Position numbers and translations under genes: made by a program | DNA from: Macrostomum lignano | Taxonomy: Eukaryota | DNA: 64,000 nucleotides | Assembly: GCA_002269645.1 (NCBI GenBank) | Contig: NIVC01001259.1 | Location: 160,010-224,009, forward strand | Direction: 5' to 3' | The notes under the pieces: model-generated | What the model saw: only the letters and a program-made list of their open reading frames with translations | What the model was told of the DNA's origin: nothing | Databases searched by the model: none | Shown here: piece after piece, positions 47,952 to 58,964 of the stretch | Numbering within the stretch: position 1 is the first letter of the stretch | Layout of the letters: the number at the start of each line of letters is the position of its first letter

Positions 47952-48338
47952 CGCGCTCTGCCAGTCGCCTGCCTAGCGGTGCTGGAGGCCTGGACCGCCC
48001 ACGCCAGCCTGCGGCGCTACCCGACCCGCGCGGAGCGCCAATTCCTGGCCGAGGTGACCGGCCTGACCATCAAGCAGGTGACCACCTGGTTGAACAACCG
48101 GCGCCACCGGGCCGGCCAGGCCCGCCAGATTAAGCGCCGGAAGCGGCGGTCGGCCGAGACGTCGACGCCGCCGGTGGACGATGCTGAGGCAGCCGAGGAC
48201 CGGCGGCAGCTGCCGGCGGCGGGTCGGGAGGCCGGCGGTGAAGATCGGCATCGGGAAGCCGCTGTGGCGGCCATCATGTCGGAGCCGGTGCCTCCTGAAA
48301 TTGTCGACTTTGTGCTGGCGTACCAGCGAGCTGTTTGA
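47877..48338 (+). CDS. Intronless divergent TALE-class homeobox protein with N-terminal polyQ (153 aa)
   Basis: PRALP...VLEAWTAHASLRRYPTRAERQFLAEVTGLTIKQVTTWLNNRRHR. The W-to-YP spacing of 9 gives the three-residue TALE loop extension; helix 3 carries W48, N51 and R53; a basic NLS (KRRKRR) follows. Confidence 0.85.
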
Positions 48339-48649
48339 TTTCTCAAGAGTAATATTACTTTACCTTTTCTGTAATATGCATATTTATTACATATATAATA
48401 TCTTCTTTGTTTTGCATCAATTCTTTCACCGGCTTAGATTTCTATAATTTGCTTGCTAATCAAAATTGACATAATTGCATTGTAAATAGAGACAAATTAA
48501 ATAAAAGTGCTGTGTTGATTGTCTGCAGTTTGGCTTTCTGCTTTTTGGCATGGTTTTTTGAATCGCTATAAATATTGCTTTTCAATTCAAGTCTTCAGTT
48601 AGCAGTTCAGACTGTGTGCGGACATAAAAAGTCTAAAACAGACCAATCT

Positions 48650-49970
48650 CCTGCATCTCACTGTACTCTCCTGCATGTCACTCTACTCTCCTGCATGTCA
48701 CTCTACTCTCCTGCATGTCACTCTACTCCCACTCCTGTATCTCACTCTACTCTTACTCCTGCATATCATTCTACTCTCCTGCATGTCACTCTACTCTCCT
48801 GCATGTCACTCTACTCTCCTGCATGTCACTCTACTCTCCTGCATGTCACTCTACTCTCCTGCATGTCACTCTACTCTCCTGCATGTCACTCTACTCTCAC
48901 TCCTGTATCTCACTCTACTCTTACTCCTGCATATCACTCTACTCTCCTGCATGTCACTCTACTCTCCTGCATATCACTCTACTCTCCTGCATGTCACTCT
49001 ACTCTCCTGCATGTCACTCTACTCTCCTGCATGTCACTCTACTCTCCTGCATGTCACTCTACTCTCACTCCTGTATCTCACTCTACTCTTACTCCTGCAT
49101 ATCACTCTACTCTCCTGCATGTCACTCTACTCTCCTGCATATCACTCTACTCTCCTGCATGTCACTCTACTCTTCTGCATGTCACTCTATTCTCCTGCAT
49201 GTCACTCTACTCTCACTCCTGTATCTCACTCTACTCTTACTCCTGCATATCACTCTACTCTCCTGCATGTCACTCTACTCTCACTCCTGTATCTCACTCT
49301 ACTCTCACTCCTGTATCTCACTCAACTCTTACTCCTGCATATCACTCTACTCTCCTGCATGTCACTCTACTCTCACTCCTGTATCTCACTCTACTCTTAC
49401 TCCTGCATGTCACTCTACTCTCCTGCATGTCACTCTACTCTCACTCCTGTATCTCACTCTACTCTTACTCCTGCATATCACTCTACTCTCCTGCATGTCA
49501 CTCTACTCTCCTGCATATCACTCTACTCTCCTGCATGTCACTCTACTCTCACTCCTGTATCTCACTCTACTCTCACTCCTGTATCTCACTCTACTCTTAC
49601 TCCTGCATGTCACTCTACTCTCCTGCATATCACTCTATTCTCCTGCATGTCACTACTCTCCTGCATGTCACTCTACTCTCCTGCATATCACTCTACTCTC
49701 CTGCATGTCACTCTACTCTCCTGCATGTCACTCTAATCTCACTCCTGTGTCTCACTCTACTCTCACTCCTGTGTCTCACTCTACTCTCACTCCTGTATCT
49801 CACTCTACTCTCACTCCTGTGTCTCACTCTACTCTCACTCCTGTGTCTCACTCTACTCTCACTCCTTTGTCTCACTCTACTCTCACTCCTGTGTCTCACT
49901 CTACTCTCACTCCTGTGTCTCACTCTACTCTCACTCCTGTGTCTCACTCTACTCTCACTCCTGTGTCTCA
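48650..49970. repeat. 20/24-bp pyrimidine-rich minisatellite
   Basis: ctcctgcatgtcactctact grading into ctcactcctgtgtctcactctact. Confidence 0.95.
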
Positions 49971-50764
49971 CCCTCTCGTCCACTCTCTTTCCTCCCTCTA
50001 GTCTCCCTACTCCTTCTCCTCTACCACCACTCACCTCTCTCTCTATACTTCTCTTTCCGTCTCTTCTTCGCCTCCCTCTCTCCCCCTTTTTGCAGTCCGC
50101 GACTGAAATTAGCAAGTTTTCCTGCTTGCTAAGTCAATGTGTCCATCTCACACCCTCTCCTCTCGCTCTCCCTTTCATCGCAGCTAGTTCTCAATTCTAA
50201 GAATTCCAATTGCATTGTTCAACTTGTGTGCCCACAACTCCATTGTCTGTTCTGGTGCACTGGTGATATTTGATATCCGATGCACTTCAGATCCGTGCGT
50301 CATAGCCAGCCGCTGGCGCTGCCCATCTGCAGAAGTCGGTATTAAAGAGCGTGGCAAGTCTGGAAAGCCGTCCTCAATTGAGTCAGACTTAAGCTTGGAA
50401 ATCGCCTCCGACTTTCCATATATGGAAGCCAGGGTATTCTCTAGCACAATCCAAATCTACACGCCAAACTTTTGAATCGCCCACCAGCCACAGAGACCAA
50501 CAAAGCCCCCCACGTGTTGGGCATTAAGCGCTAAGTCTCGAATATTTGACCTGTAAAATACGAGGTGCTCAAATTTATCCAAATCCATCTTATGCCCCAT
50601 GCATACTGTAGATTCTGAATTCGTGGGCGCGGGCTAAAAGGTATAGTGATTAAACAGAATATAGCTTTGAATATAGATTCAAAAGCAACTTCAAAAGAGG
50701 GAGTAGAGAAGCAAAATTTATTGAATTTGTAATCAAAGTCCCTTCAGTGGATGGAAGCGAGTAT

Positions 50765-51272
50765 TGCTCATGATAAATTCAAAATAAGCGCCCATGATAA
50801 ATTCACAATAAGCGCCCATGATAAATTCACAATAAGCGCCTATAATATAAGCGCCCATGGTATAAGCGCCCTTGATATAAGCACCCATGATATTAGCTTG
50901 AATGATATAAGCTTGAATGCTATAAGCTGGAATGATATAAGCTTGAATGAGACAAGCGCCCATGATATAAGCGCCCACGATATAAGATTTAATGATATAA
51001 GCACCCATGATATAAGATTTAATGATATAAGCGCCCACGATATAAGATTTAATGATATAAGCGCCCACGATATAAGATTTAATGATATAGGCGCCCACGA
51101 TATAAGATTTAATGATATAAGCGCCCACGATATAAGATTTAATGATATAAGCGCCCACGATATAAGATTTAATGATATAAGCGCCCACGATATAAGATTT
51201 AATGATATAGGCGCCCACGATATAAGATTTAATGATATAAGCGCCCACGATATAAGATTTAATGATATAAGC
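50765..51272. repeat. 15/30-bp minisatellite (gatataagcgcccacgatataagatttaat)
   Basis: 15-bp periodic array with a 30-bp dimer. Confidence 0.9.
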
Positions 51273-51974
51273 TCGCATACACAAGCATTTTGACATGTGT
51301 TTGAATGGCATGAGCGTGCATTGAAAATACTGCAGCCAGACACACATGTACCTGTAAGTGCTGACAAGCAGACTGCAAGCGTTATTTTAACTGAACATGG
51401 AGACCCGCGGAGAGAACAGCGCGCTGGAAGTCTCTGAAACTCTCTCGAATGGATTTCGAGTTATTACACTGTAAGCAAACCTGTGCTTTGAGGAGTTGAG
51501 CCTGTTGAGTTGATCTCGGTCTCGCATTAATCATCTCAGCCGATTAATGCGTTAAATTTGCCGGTCGGGAACTAGTCGGGCTTCTAATCAGAGCTGAAGC
51601 AGTCGGCGGGATTGAGACAGGCAACACGCAGCCCTCTTATTATCGAATGCGCCCCTGCCTTTGCTTTGGGATTTCCTCTGACAACCAGATTAGGCGGGTT
51701 GGGCAAGCAGCGTCTTTAGCAGCAGAAATTCGGTTGCCAAGGCGCAGGTTTACAGAAGCCTCTTGACCTCAGAATTAAGTGAAAAGCAGTAACTGTAATA
51801 GTGAACGCTTGGCTGCAAGTGTCTCTTCTAAATTAATAATGCAAAACATTCAGTCTCGAATTTTGCTGCTGAGTGACGGGGGCACAACCGCTATCATAAG
51901 CCTGCCTAGAAATGCGGAATTATAGGAACTTGCTTTAGGCTTTGCCTAGGAGATTTCTGGGCTTATTCTAAGGC

Positions 51975-52352
51975 CTATACTAGTTTGTTTAGGCTTAGGC
52001 TTAGTCTAAGGCTTATACTAGACTTTGTCTAGGCTTAGGCTTAGTCTAAGGCTTATACTAGACTTTGTCTAGGCTTAGGCTTAGTCTAAGGCTTATACTA
52101 GAGTTTGTCTAGGCTTAGGCTTAGTCTAAGGCTTATACTAGACTTTGTCTAGGCTTAGGCTTAGTCTAAGGCTTATACTAGAGTTTGTCTAGGCTTAGGC
52201 TTAGTCTAAGGCTTATACTAGAGTTTGTCTAGGCTTAGGCTTAGTCTAAGGCTTTTACTAGAGTTTGTCTAGGCTTAGGCTTAGTCTAAGGCTTATACTA
52301 GACTTTGTCTAGGCTTAGGCTTAGTCTAAAGCTTATACTAGACTTTGTCTAG
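51975..52352. repeat. 40-bp minisatellite containing TAGGC/TTAGGC motifs
   Basis: Unit ttatactagactttgtctaggcttaggcttagtctaaggc, ~9 copies. Confidence 0.92.
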
Positions 52353-52378
52353 GGCTGAACTTTCGTCTTGTAGGAGAT

Positions 52379-52678
52379 CGGGTTGTAGCCTAGTGGTCAG
52401 AGCGTCGGACTCACGACTGAAGAGTCGGGGGTTCGTTTCCCGATCCACTCGGAACAATTTGTGTCCTTGAGCAAGACACTTAACTCTGCATTGCTTCAGT
52501 TCATTCAGCTTTAAAATGGGTGCCAGCATTAGCTGGGGTAATTGAGGGTGTGTGGCGACACCCCAGTCCTTGGACTGAACAGCCGTACGCAGCCTTCAGA
52601 TGCGCCGCGCAATAGCTGCGGCTGAGCTGTCGGTTGCACATCTGCCCATTAGGGTAGGTGTAATCAATTATTACTATT
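52379..52678 (+). mobile_element. tRNA-derived SINE, copy 1
   Basis: Head gggttgtagcctagtggtcagagcgtcggactc...ggttcgtttcccgatcc has A- and B-box motifs; central gtgtccttgagcaagacacttaac...taaaatgggtgcc is CORE/Meta-like; AT-rich tail; highly similar to 58022-58323. Confidence 0.85.
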
Positions 52679-53146
52679 GTTAAGTCTGAGGCTTCAGCTT
52701 AGTCTAGAATTTATCTGAGGCTTAGGCTCAGTCATGTTTTGACAAGTGACTCAAAGTGACTGTGGTGACTCAAAGTTACTGTTGGATCCCCTCGGCTCAA
52801 ACCGTGTTTCAGCAGAAGTCAGCAAATTGCTCTGTTTGAGCAACTCTCCTTAAGCTGTGAAGAAACCAGAAGAAAAATGCAACACAGTTTGGCTTTCACT
52901 CCAAGCCCCATTTTTAGAACTTTGAAACAGCGCAACTTCAATAATAGCGTTGACCTTTCGCGAGTTGCATGTTTATATTTCTCATCAAATCGAACGATTA
53001 CCTACAGAGGCTGGGGCCGCACCTAGAGCACACTGCATCAAGGCGCACAGGCACAACAGCAATAAGGGACATTGGGGCTCGCTAATCGGTCTCAGGTTAA
53101 GTGACGATGGTCAGCTGGCGGCAGGTGTTCGCGTTGCCTTCGCTTC

Positions 53147-53593
53147 TCAGCCGTAGCGCATGATGTTGGCCCTGAGGATCTGGCCGGCCCTGTGCTGGTC
53201 GCCGGGCTCCACGCGGACTCTTGAATAGTGGAACAGCGGCGAGGTCAGGAAGTCTCGCTTGGCCTGACGGACCCGGCGACTCTCCAGCTGGCGGCCGTCG
53301 CCGCCGCTGCTAAGCCTCTCGGCCAAGAGGGTCGCTACTGCGGCCGAGGCGGCCGAGGCGGCGGCAGCGGCGGCGTCGGCGGCTGCCTGGGAGGCGCACA
53401 CGGCCGTCAGCTGGGCGGCGTCGCTGTCGGCGAGCTCCTCGACGCGCGGATGACGAAGCGCCTGCTGACAGGCGTCGTCACCGGCGGCGGCGGCAGGGAC
53501 GGCGACTGCCAGGGCGGCCGGCTGCGGCTGAAGGCAGGCGGACGAGAGCAGCAGCAGAGACAGCAGCAGGTGAGCAGCGATTCCTCGGGACAT
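53147..53593 (-). CDS. Neuropeptide precursor (148 aa) with a single C-terminal 34-aa RYamide, NKY-like
   Basis: Hydrophobic signal peptide MSRGIAAHLLLSLLLLSSAC, Ala-rich propeptide with two Cys, dibasic KR, then DFLTSPLFHYSRVRVEPGDQHRAGQILRANIMRY-G-stop (Gly amide donor). Intronless, with upstream TATA and CCAAT boxes. Confidence 0.85.
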   Translation of the reverse strand: MSRGIAAHLLLSLLLLSSACLQPQPAALAVAVPAAAAGDDACQQALRHPRVEELADSDAAQLTAVCASQAAADAAAAAASAASAAVATLLAERLSSGGDGRQLESRRVRQAKRDFLTSPLFHYSRVRVEPGDQHRAGQILRANIMRYG

Positions 53594-53698
53594 GGCCGGC
53601 TTCTCAGTTGCCTGGTTGCTTCTTCCCTCTTTCGAAAAATGCAAGAGTTTTCTCTTCAACAGTGAGAAGGCAGCGAAGGCTGCATGGGGATGCCAGGC

Positions 53699-53749
53699 TT
53701 TTTATACAGACTCCCCGCCTCATCAGTCCAGCCTACGCCATGATTGGCC
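53699..53749 (-). promoter_or_regulatory. TATA box and CCAAT box of the neuropeptide gene
   Basis: Minus-strand TATAAAAA at 53706-53699, with ggccaatca ~40 bp further upstream. Confidence 0.6.
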
Positions 53750-53971
53750 GCCTCGGCTCTTAAACAATTATTTTTCTCCCACGCCTCCGCCTCGATAATC
53801 CTAACTTAGGAGACAACTGGGGTAGTCTGAACTCTGCGTGTTGAAATCTGAATTTAAACACGTCTCTTGTACGCTCGTAGGAGCAGCTCCGACAGTAGCG
53901 ATTGAGGCTTCTTCATAAAACTGTGAAGAAACCTGAGTAGCGAAATTGGGCTGCATTTCACGGCTAGCAAC

Positions 53972-55205
53972 ATCACCTACCTGTCTATAGCACCATCACC
54001 TACCTGTCTATAGCACCATCATCTACCTGTCTAGCACCATCACCTACTTGTCCAGCACCATCATCTACCTGTCTATAGCACCATCATCTACCTGTCTATA
54101 GCACCATCATCTACCTGTCTAGCACCATCACCTACTTGTCCAGCACCATCATCTACCTGTCTATAGCACCATCATCTACCTGTCTATAGCACCATCATCT
54201 ACCTGTCTAGCACCATCACCTACTTGTCCAGCACCATCATCTACCTGTCCAGCACCATCACCTACTTGTCCAGCACCATCATCTACCTGTCCAGCACCAT
54301 CATCTACTTGTCCAGCACCATCATCTACCTGTCTAGCACCATCATCTACCTGTCCAGCACCATCATCTACCTGTCCAGCACCATCATCTACTTGTCCAGC
54401 ACCATCATCTACTTGTTTAGCACCATCATCTACCTGTCTAGCACCATCATCTACCTGTCTAGCACCATCATCTACTTGTCCAGCACCATCATCTACCTGT
54501 CTAGCACCATCATCTACTTGTCCAGCACCATCATCTACCTGTCTATAGCACCATCATCTACCTGTCTATAGCACCATCATCTACCTGTCTAGCACCATCA
54601 CCTACTTGTCCAGCACCATCATCTACCTGTCTATAGCACCATCATCTACCTGTCTATAGCACCATCATCTACCTGTCTATAGCACCATCATCTACCTGTC
54701 TATAGCACCATCATCTACCTGTCTATAGCACCATCATCTACCTGTCTATAGCACCATCATCTACCTGTCTAGCACCATCACCTACTTGTCCAGCACCATC
54801 ATCTACCTGTCTATAGCACCATCATCTACCTGTCTATAGCACCATCATCTACCTGTCTAGCACCATCACCTACTTGTCCAGCACCATCATCTACCTGTCT
54901 ATAGCACCATCATCTACCTGTCTATAGCACCATCATCTACCTGTCTAGCACCATCACCTACTTGTCCAGCACCATCATCTACCTGTCTATAGCACCATCA
55001 TCTACCTGTCTATAGCACCATCATCTACCTGTCTATAGCACCATCATCTACCTGTCTATAGCATCATCACCTACCTGTCTATAGCACCATCACCTACCTG
55101 TCTATAGCACCATCACCTACCTGTCTATAGCACCATCACCTACCTGTCTAGCACCATCATCTACCTGTCTAGCACCATCACCTACCTGTCTAGCACCATC
55201 ACCTA
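53972..55205. repeat. 20/22-bp minisatellite (tagcaccatcatctacctgtc[ta])
   Basis: Direct tandem repetition with recurring variant blocks. Confidence 0.95.
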
Positions 55206-55574
55206 CATCACGGCTAGCACAGCACCATCACTTGGCTAGCAACTTCGTTACGCCGTGAACAAAAAAGAACAAAAAGCTACATGTTTTGAACTGGCTGTTT
55301 TGAGCTTCCGAATATTCTATTTTCCGGCTTCCTCTATATTTCCATGCTAGCCAGAAATTATTTATAAATAAAAACAGCGTTTGACAATGCAAATGAGTTT
55401 GTGAGAAGTTCGGTATTGAATATGCGAGCTGTTACTGGGAAATCAAGCGCGAGAAGCAGACGAGTGCGCTTAGAAAACTAGGCGGCAGCTGCAGGTTTGC
55501 TGCCGTACTTTTAAATGGGCAATATTGTCAATATGGTGAGAAACATAGTGCAGTCTGTACTACAGGGAGCGGAG

Positions 55575-56708
55575 AGGCACAGCATGGGAGGCACAGGGTG
55601 GGGATGCAGGTGAGAGGTGGCGGGGGAGGCACAGGGTGGGGATGCAGGTGAGAGGTGGCGGGGGAGGCACAGGGTGGGGATGCAGATGAGAGGTGGCGGG
55701 GGAGAGGCACAGGTTGGGGATGCAGGTGTGAGAGATGGAGGGAGGCACAGGGTGGGGATGCAGGTGAGAGGTGGCGGGGGGAGGCACAGGGTGGGGATGC
55801 AGATGAGAGGCGGCGGGGGAGAGGCACAGGTTGGGGATGCAGGTGTGAGAGATGGAGGGAGGCACAGGGTGGGGATGCAGGTGAGAGGTGGCGGGGGAGA
55901 GGCACAGGGTGGGGATGCAGGTGAGAGGTGGTGGGGGAGGCACAGGGTGGGGATGCAGGTGAGAGGTGGCGGGGAGAGGCACAGGGTGGGGATGCAGGTG
56001 AGAGGTGGCGGGGGGAGGCACAGGGTGGGGATGCAGGTGTGAGAGATGGAGGGAGGCACAGGGTGGGGATGCAGGTGTGAGAGATGGAGGGAGGCACAGG
56101 GTGGGGATGCAGGTGTGAGAGATGGAGGGAGGCACAGGGTGGGGATGCAGGTGAGAGGTGGCGGGAGAGGCACAGGGTGGGGATGCAGGTGAGAGGTGGC
56201 GGGAGAGGCACAGGGTGGGGATGCAGGTGAGAGGTGGCGGGGGAGAGGCACAGGGTGGGGATGCAGATGAGAGGTAGCGGGGGAGAGGCACAGGTTGGGG
56301 ATGCAGATGAGAGGTGGCGGGGGGAGGCACAGGGTGGGGATGCAGGTGAGAGGTGGCGGGGGAGAGGCACAGGGTGGGGATGCAGGTGAGAGGTGGCGGG
56401 GGGAGGCACAGGGTGGGGATGCAGGTGTGAGAGATGGAGGGAGGCACAGGGTGGGGATGCAGGTGTGAGAGATGGAGGGAGGCACAGGGTGGGGATGCAG
56501 GTGTGAGAGATGGAGGGAGGCACAGGGTGGGGATGCAGGTGAGAGGTGGCGGGAGAGGCACAGGGTGGGGATGCAGGTGAGAGGTGGCGGGAGAGGCACA
56601 GGGTGGGGATGCAGGTGAGAGGTGGCGGGGGAGAGGCACAGGGTGGGGATGCAGATGAGAGGTGGCGGGGGAGAGGCACAGGGTGGGGATGCAGGTGTGA
56701 GAGATGGA
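55575..56708. repeat. ~38-40-bp G-rich minisatellite
   Basis: Unit gaggcacagggtggggatgcaggtgagaggtggcgggg with a ...gtgtgagagatggaggg variant. Confidence 0.95.
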
Positions 56709-58021
56709 AGGCTCAAAAGAAGCAGATCAAGAAAAACGATTAGGGAAAATCGATTTGGCTTCTTGGAGCCCAGGTGGCGATACTCGAAATGGTTCGGTTG
56801 CTACGGCGCTATAAAATTATTTTCACTTTGAAGTCTGGGAAAAACTCTAAAAATATCCTGGCGGCAATTTTTTTACAGCACAGAAACAAGCAGACGTGAC
56901 GGGAATGGTAATCGAGAGCTGCTTTCAGGTCTGCCCAGATACTAGCCGACATGTACTAAGCATCCCCCCAGTTTGACAATTCACAAGTACATGTGAACTA
57001 CACAATAAAATGAAGTACACATCTGGCTTCGAGGCTCGCTAAGGTCAAAACATCGAGCAAACTTAGCTCGTAGAAGCGAACTAACTAAACTCACATGTGC
57101 AAACTATTGATCGTTATAAAACTGGACCAAATATCCTCGCTTTAACAGTCGAACTACTCGTGCCAAGGGGGTCCCCCATCGACAGTTTTTTGCTGCGCCG
57201 GAACGGAGCAGCGCAGGCACACAAAACACCAGAACACGGTCCAACTTTTTGTTGCGCACCTTCTCAAACAAGAATCAAGTCGCCAGCCCTCCGGACCGTC
57301 CAGACATTCAACGATTCTGCCAGGTCGGATTTTCCCATAAGCGCCAGTGCATTCAGTACACCTCTGTGCGCCAATCAGCATTGCGCCTCGGTGCGGCCTT
57401 CCCAAGCCTCCAAATTTCATCAGCACGTCAACCTGACTTCGTTGGTCACTGGCCTTCACCCAGGCGGAGCTTCTGGACCTTCAACGGGTAGCATCAGTCG
57501 ACTATGGACATCCAAGCGAGATTTTCAATGGGCAAGTCGTCTGCTTTATTAAGGAATATACTAGTAGTAAAGGCTGGCAAAAGGCTGGTGTGTATATGTG
57601 CACTTGGGAAATCTTGAGAGTTCACCTGGCATATGATGATTAGGTCGGCTCATTTAACACCGGAGACAAAATTGAGCTTAGTGGCACATGCTGCATTAGC
57701 GATATTAGCAGGCGCTGCAGCATTGAGCCCAGCACACCTGTTGCAGTGCGTAGGAGTGCGTGCGAGAGAGAGAGAGACGCGAATGCGGGCGAGCCGTGCA
57801 GAATCCGTAAACAGCAAACAACTTCATCCCGAGTAGAGCTTCGTATCTCTAGCAATTAAAAATCCTAGAATAAACATTCAATAAGAGATCCCGAAATACA
57901 GCTCACACTTGCAGACATCCCAAAACACACGTTCCCGCCGGTAGGGTTGCCTGCGTAATAGGGTACTGAGCGAATACCAGCACAGTAAGAAGAGCGCTAC
58001 TGAAAAACACTTCAAACAGGG

Positions 58022-58323
58022 TAATAATAATTGATTACACCTGCCCCAATTAGGCCAGATGCGCAACCGACAGCTCAGCCGCAGCTATTGCGTGGCGCAT
58101 CTGAAGGCTGCGTACGGCTGTTCAGTCCAAGGACTGGGGGGTCGCCACGCACACCCTCAATTACCCCAGCTAATGCTGGCACCCATTTTACAGCTGGGTG
58201 AACTGAAGCTAAGCAGATTTAAGTGTCTTGCTCAAGGACACGAATTGTTTCAGTGGGATCGGGAATCGAACCTCCGACCTTCAAGTAGTGAGTCCGGCAC
58301 TCTGACCACTAGGCTACAACCCC
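58022..58323 (-). mobile_element. tRNA-derived SINE, copy 2 (inverted relative to copy 1)
   Basis: The reverse complement reads ggggttgtagcctagtggtcagagtgccggactc...ggttcgattcccgatccc, followed by the same central domain and tail as 52379-52678. Confidence 0.85.
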
Positions 58324-58964
58324 ATAACAGAAAAACAGAAGCAATTGACTTCTAGCTGCACCTGAGCAGAAGCAGCAACAACAAGCGGCAGCGACAGCAG
58401 GTGTGAAAGCCCAGAGACATCTCAGGTGAGGGCTCTAAGGTGGGCGCGGAGTGGCAGGTGGGTGACACACAATCAGATTAAATAATGAGAGATCCTAATT
58501 GAAATGAAGTTAATAAACTGAATTAAAGCTATTTAATCAGGAGTTTTGCCTATGGCGCAGCTTGCATTGGGGTGGGGGATGGGCAGGCCAAGGCCCTAAG
58601 CACTGAACCCTGTCACAATTTATCAGCTAATATTTTAATGTCAATTTGAAGATGACAATTCAATTTAATTAATTCAAACAGCTGGGATAAGTGAAATTAA
58701 AACATTTTTTGTTATTCTACACTTGATTTTTATCTGCAGTGAGAGACAATTTTGTAGCTCGTATAGGCTTGTGTATTTGAATCTCTGCCGTTTCCGGCAC
58801 TGCGTTCTGCTGCGTTAAAACAAAAATTATTTAAATAAGCGAGTAAAAACAGAGCCAAAAGCCAGCGAAATGCACAGCGCATCAGTGGGCTCAGAGCCTC
58901 CGAGTGAAATTCATTCATTTTTAATTTAATTTAATTTAATGTCCACCACAAGAAAAGATCCTCA

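Noticed and set aside
48575-50200. 541/428/353-aa Ser/Leu/His-rich ORFs
   Set aside because: Translations of the 20/24-bp minisatellite.
52379-52450. tRNA gene (also 58250-58323)
   Set aside because: The anticodon arm does not pair, and both copies continue into a shared ~230-bp body, so these are SINE heads.
55511-56716. Pro/His/Cys-rich 359-401 aa ORFs
   Set aside because: Three-frame translations of the G-rich minisatellite.
57154-57459. 101-aa ORF with RRC...WCFVCLRC, vaguely like a piggyBac Cys-rich tail
   Set aside because: Cys spacing does not fit, and no transposase, TIR or TTAA context was found.
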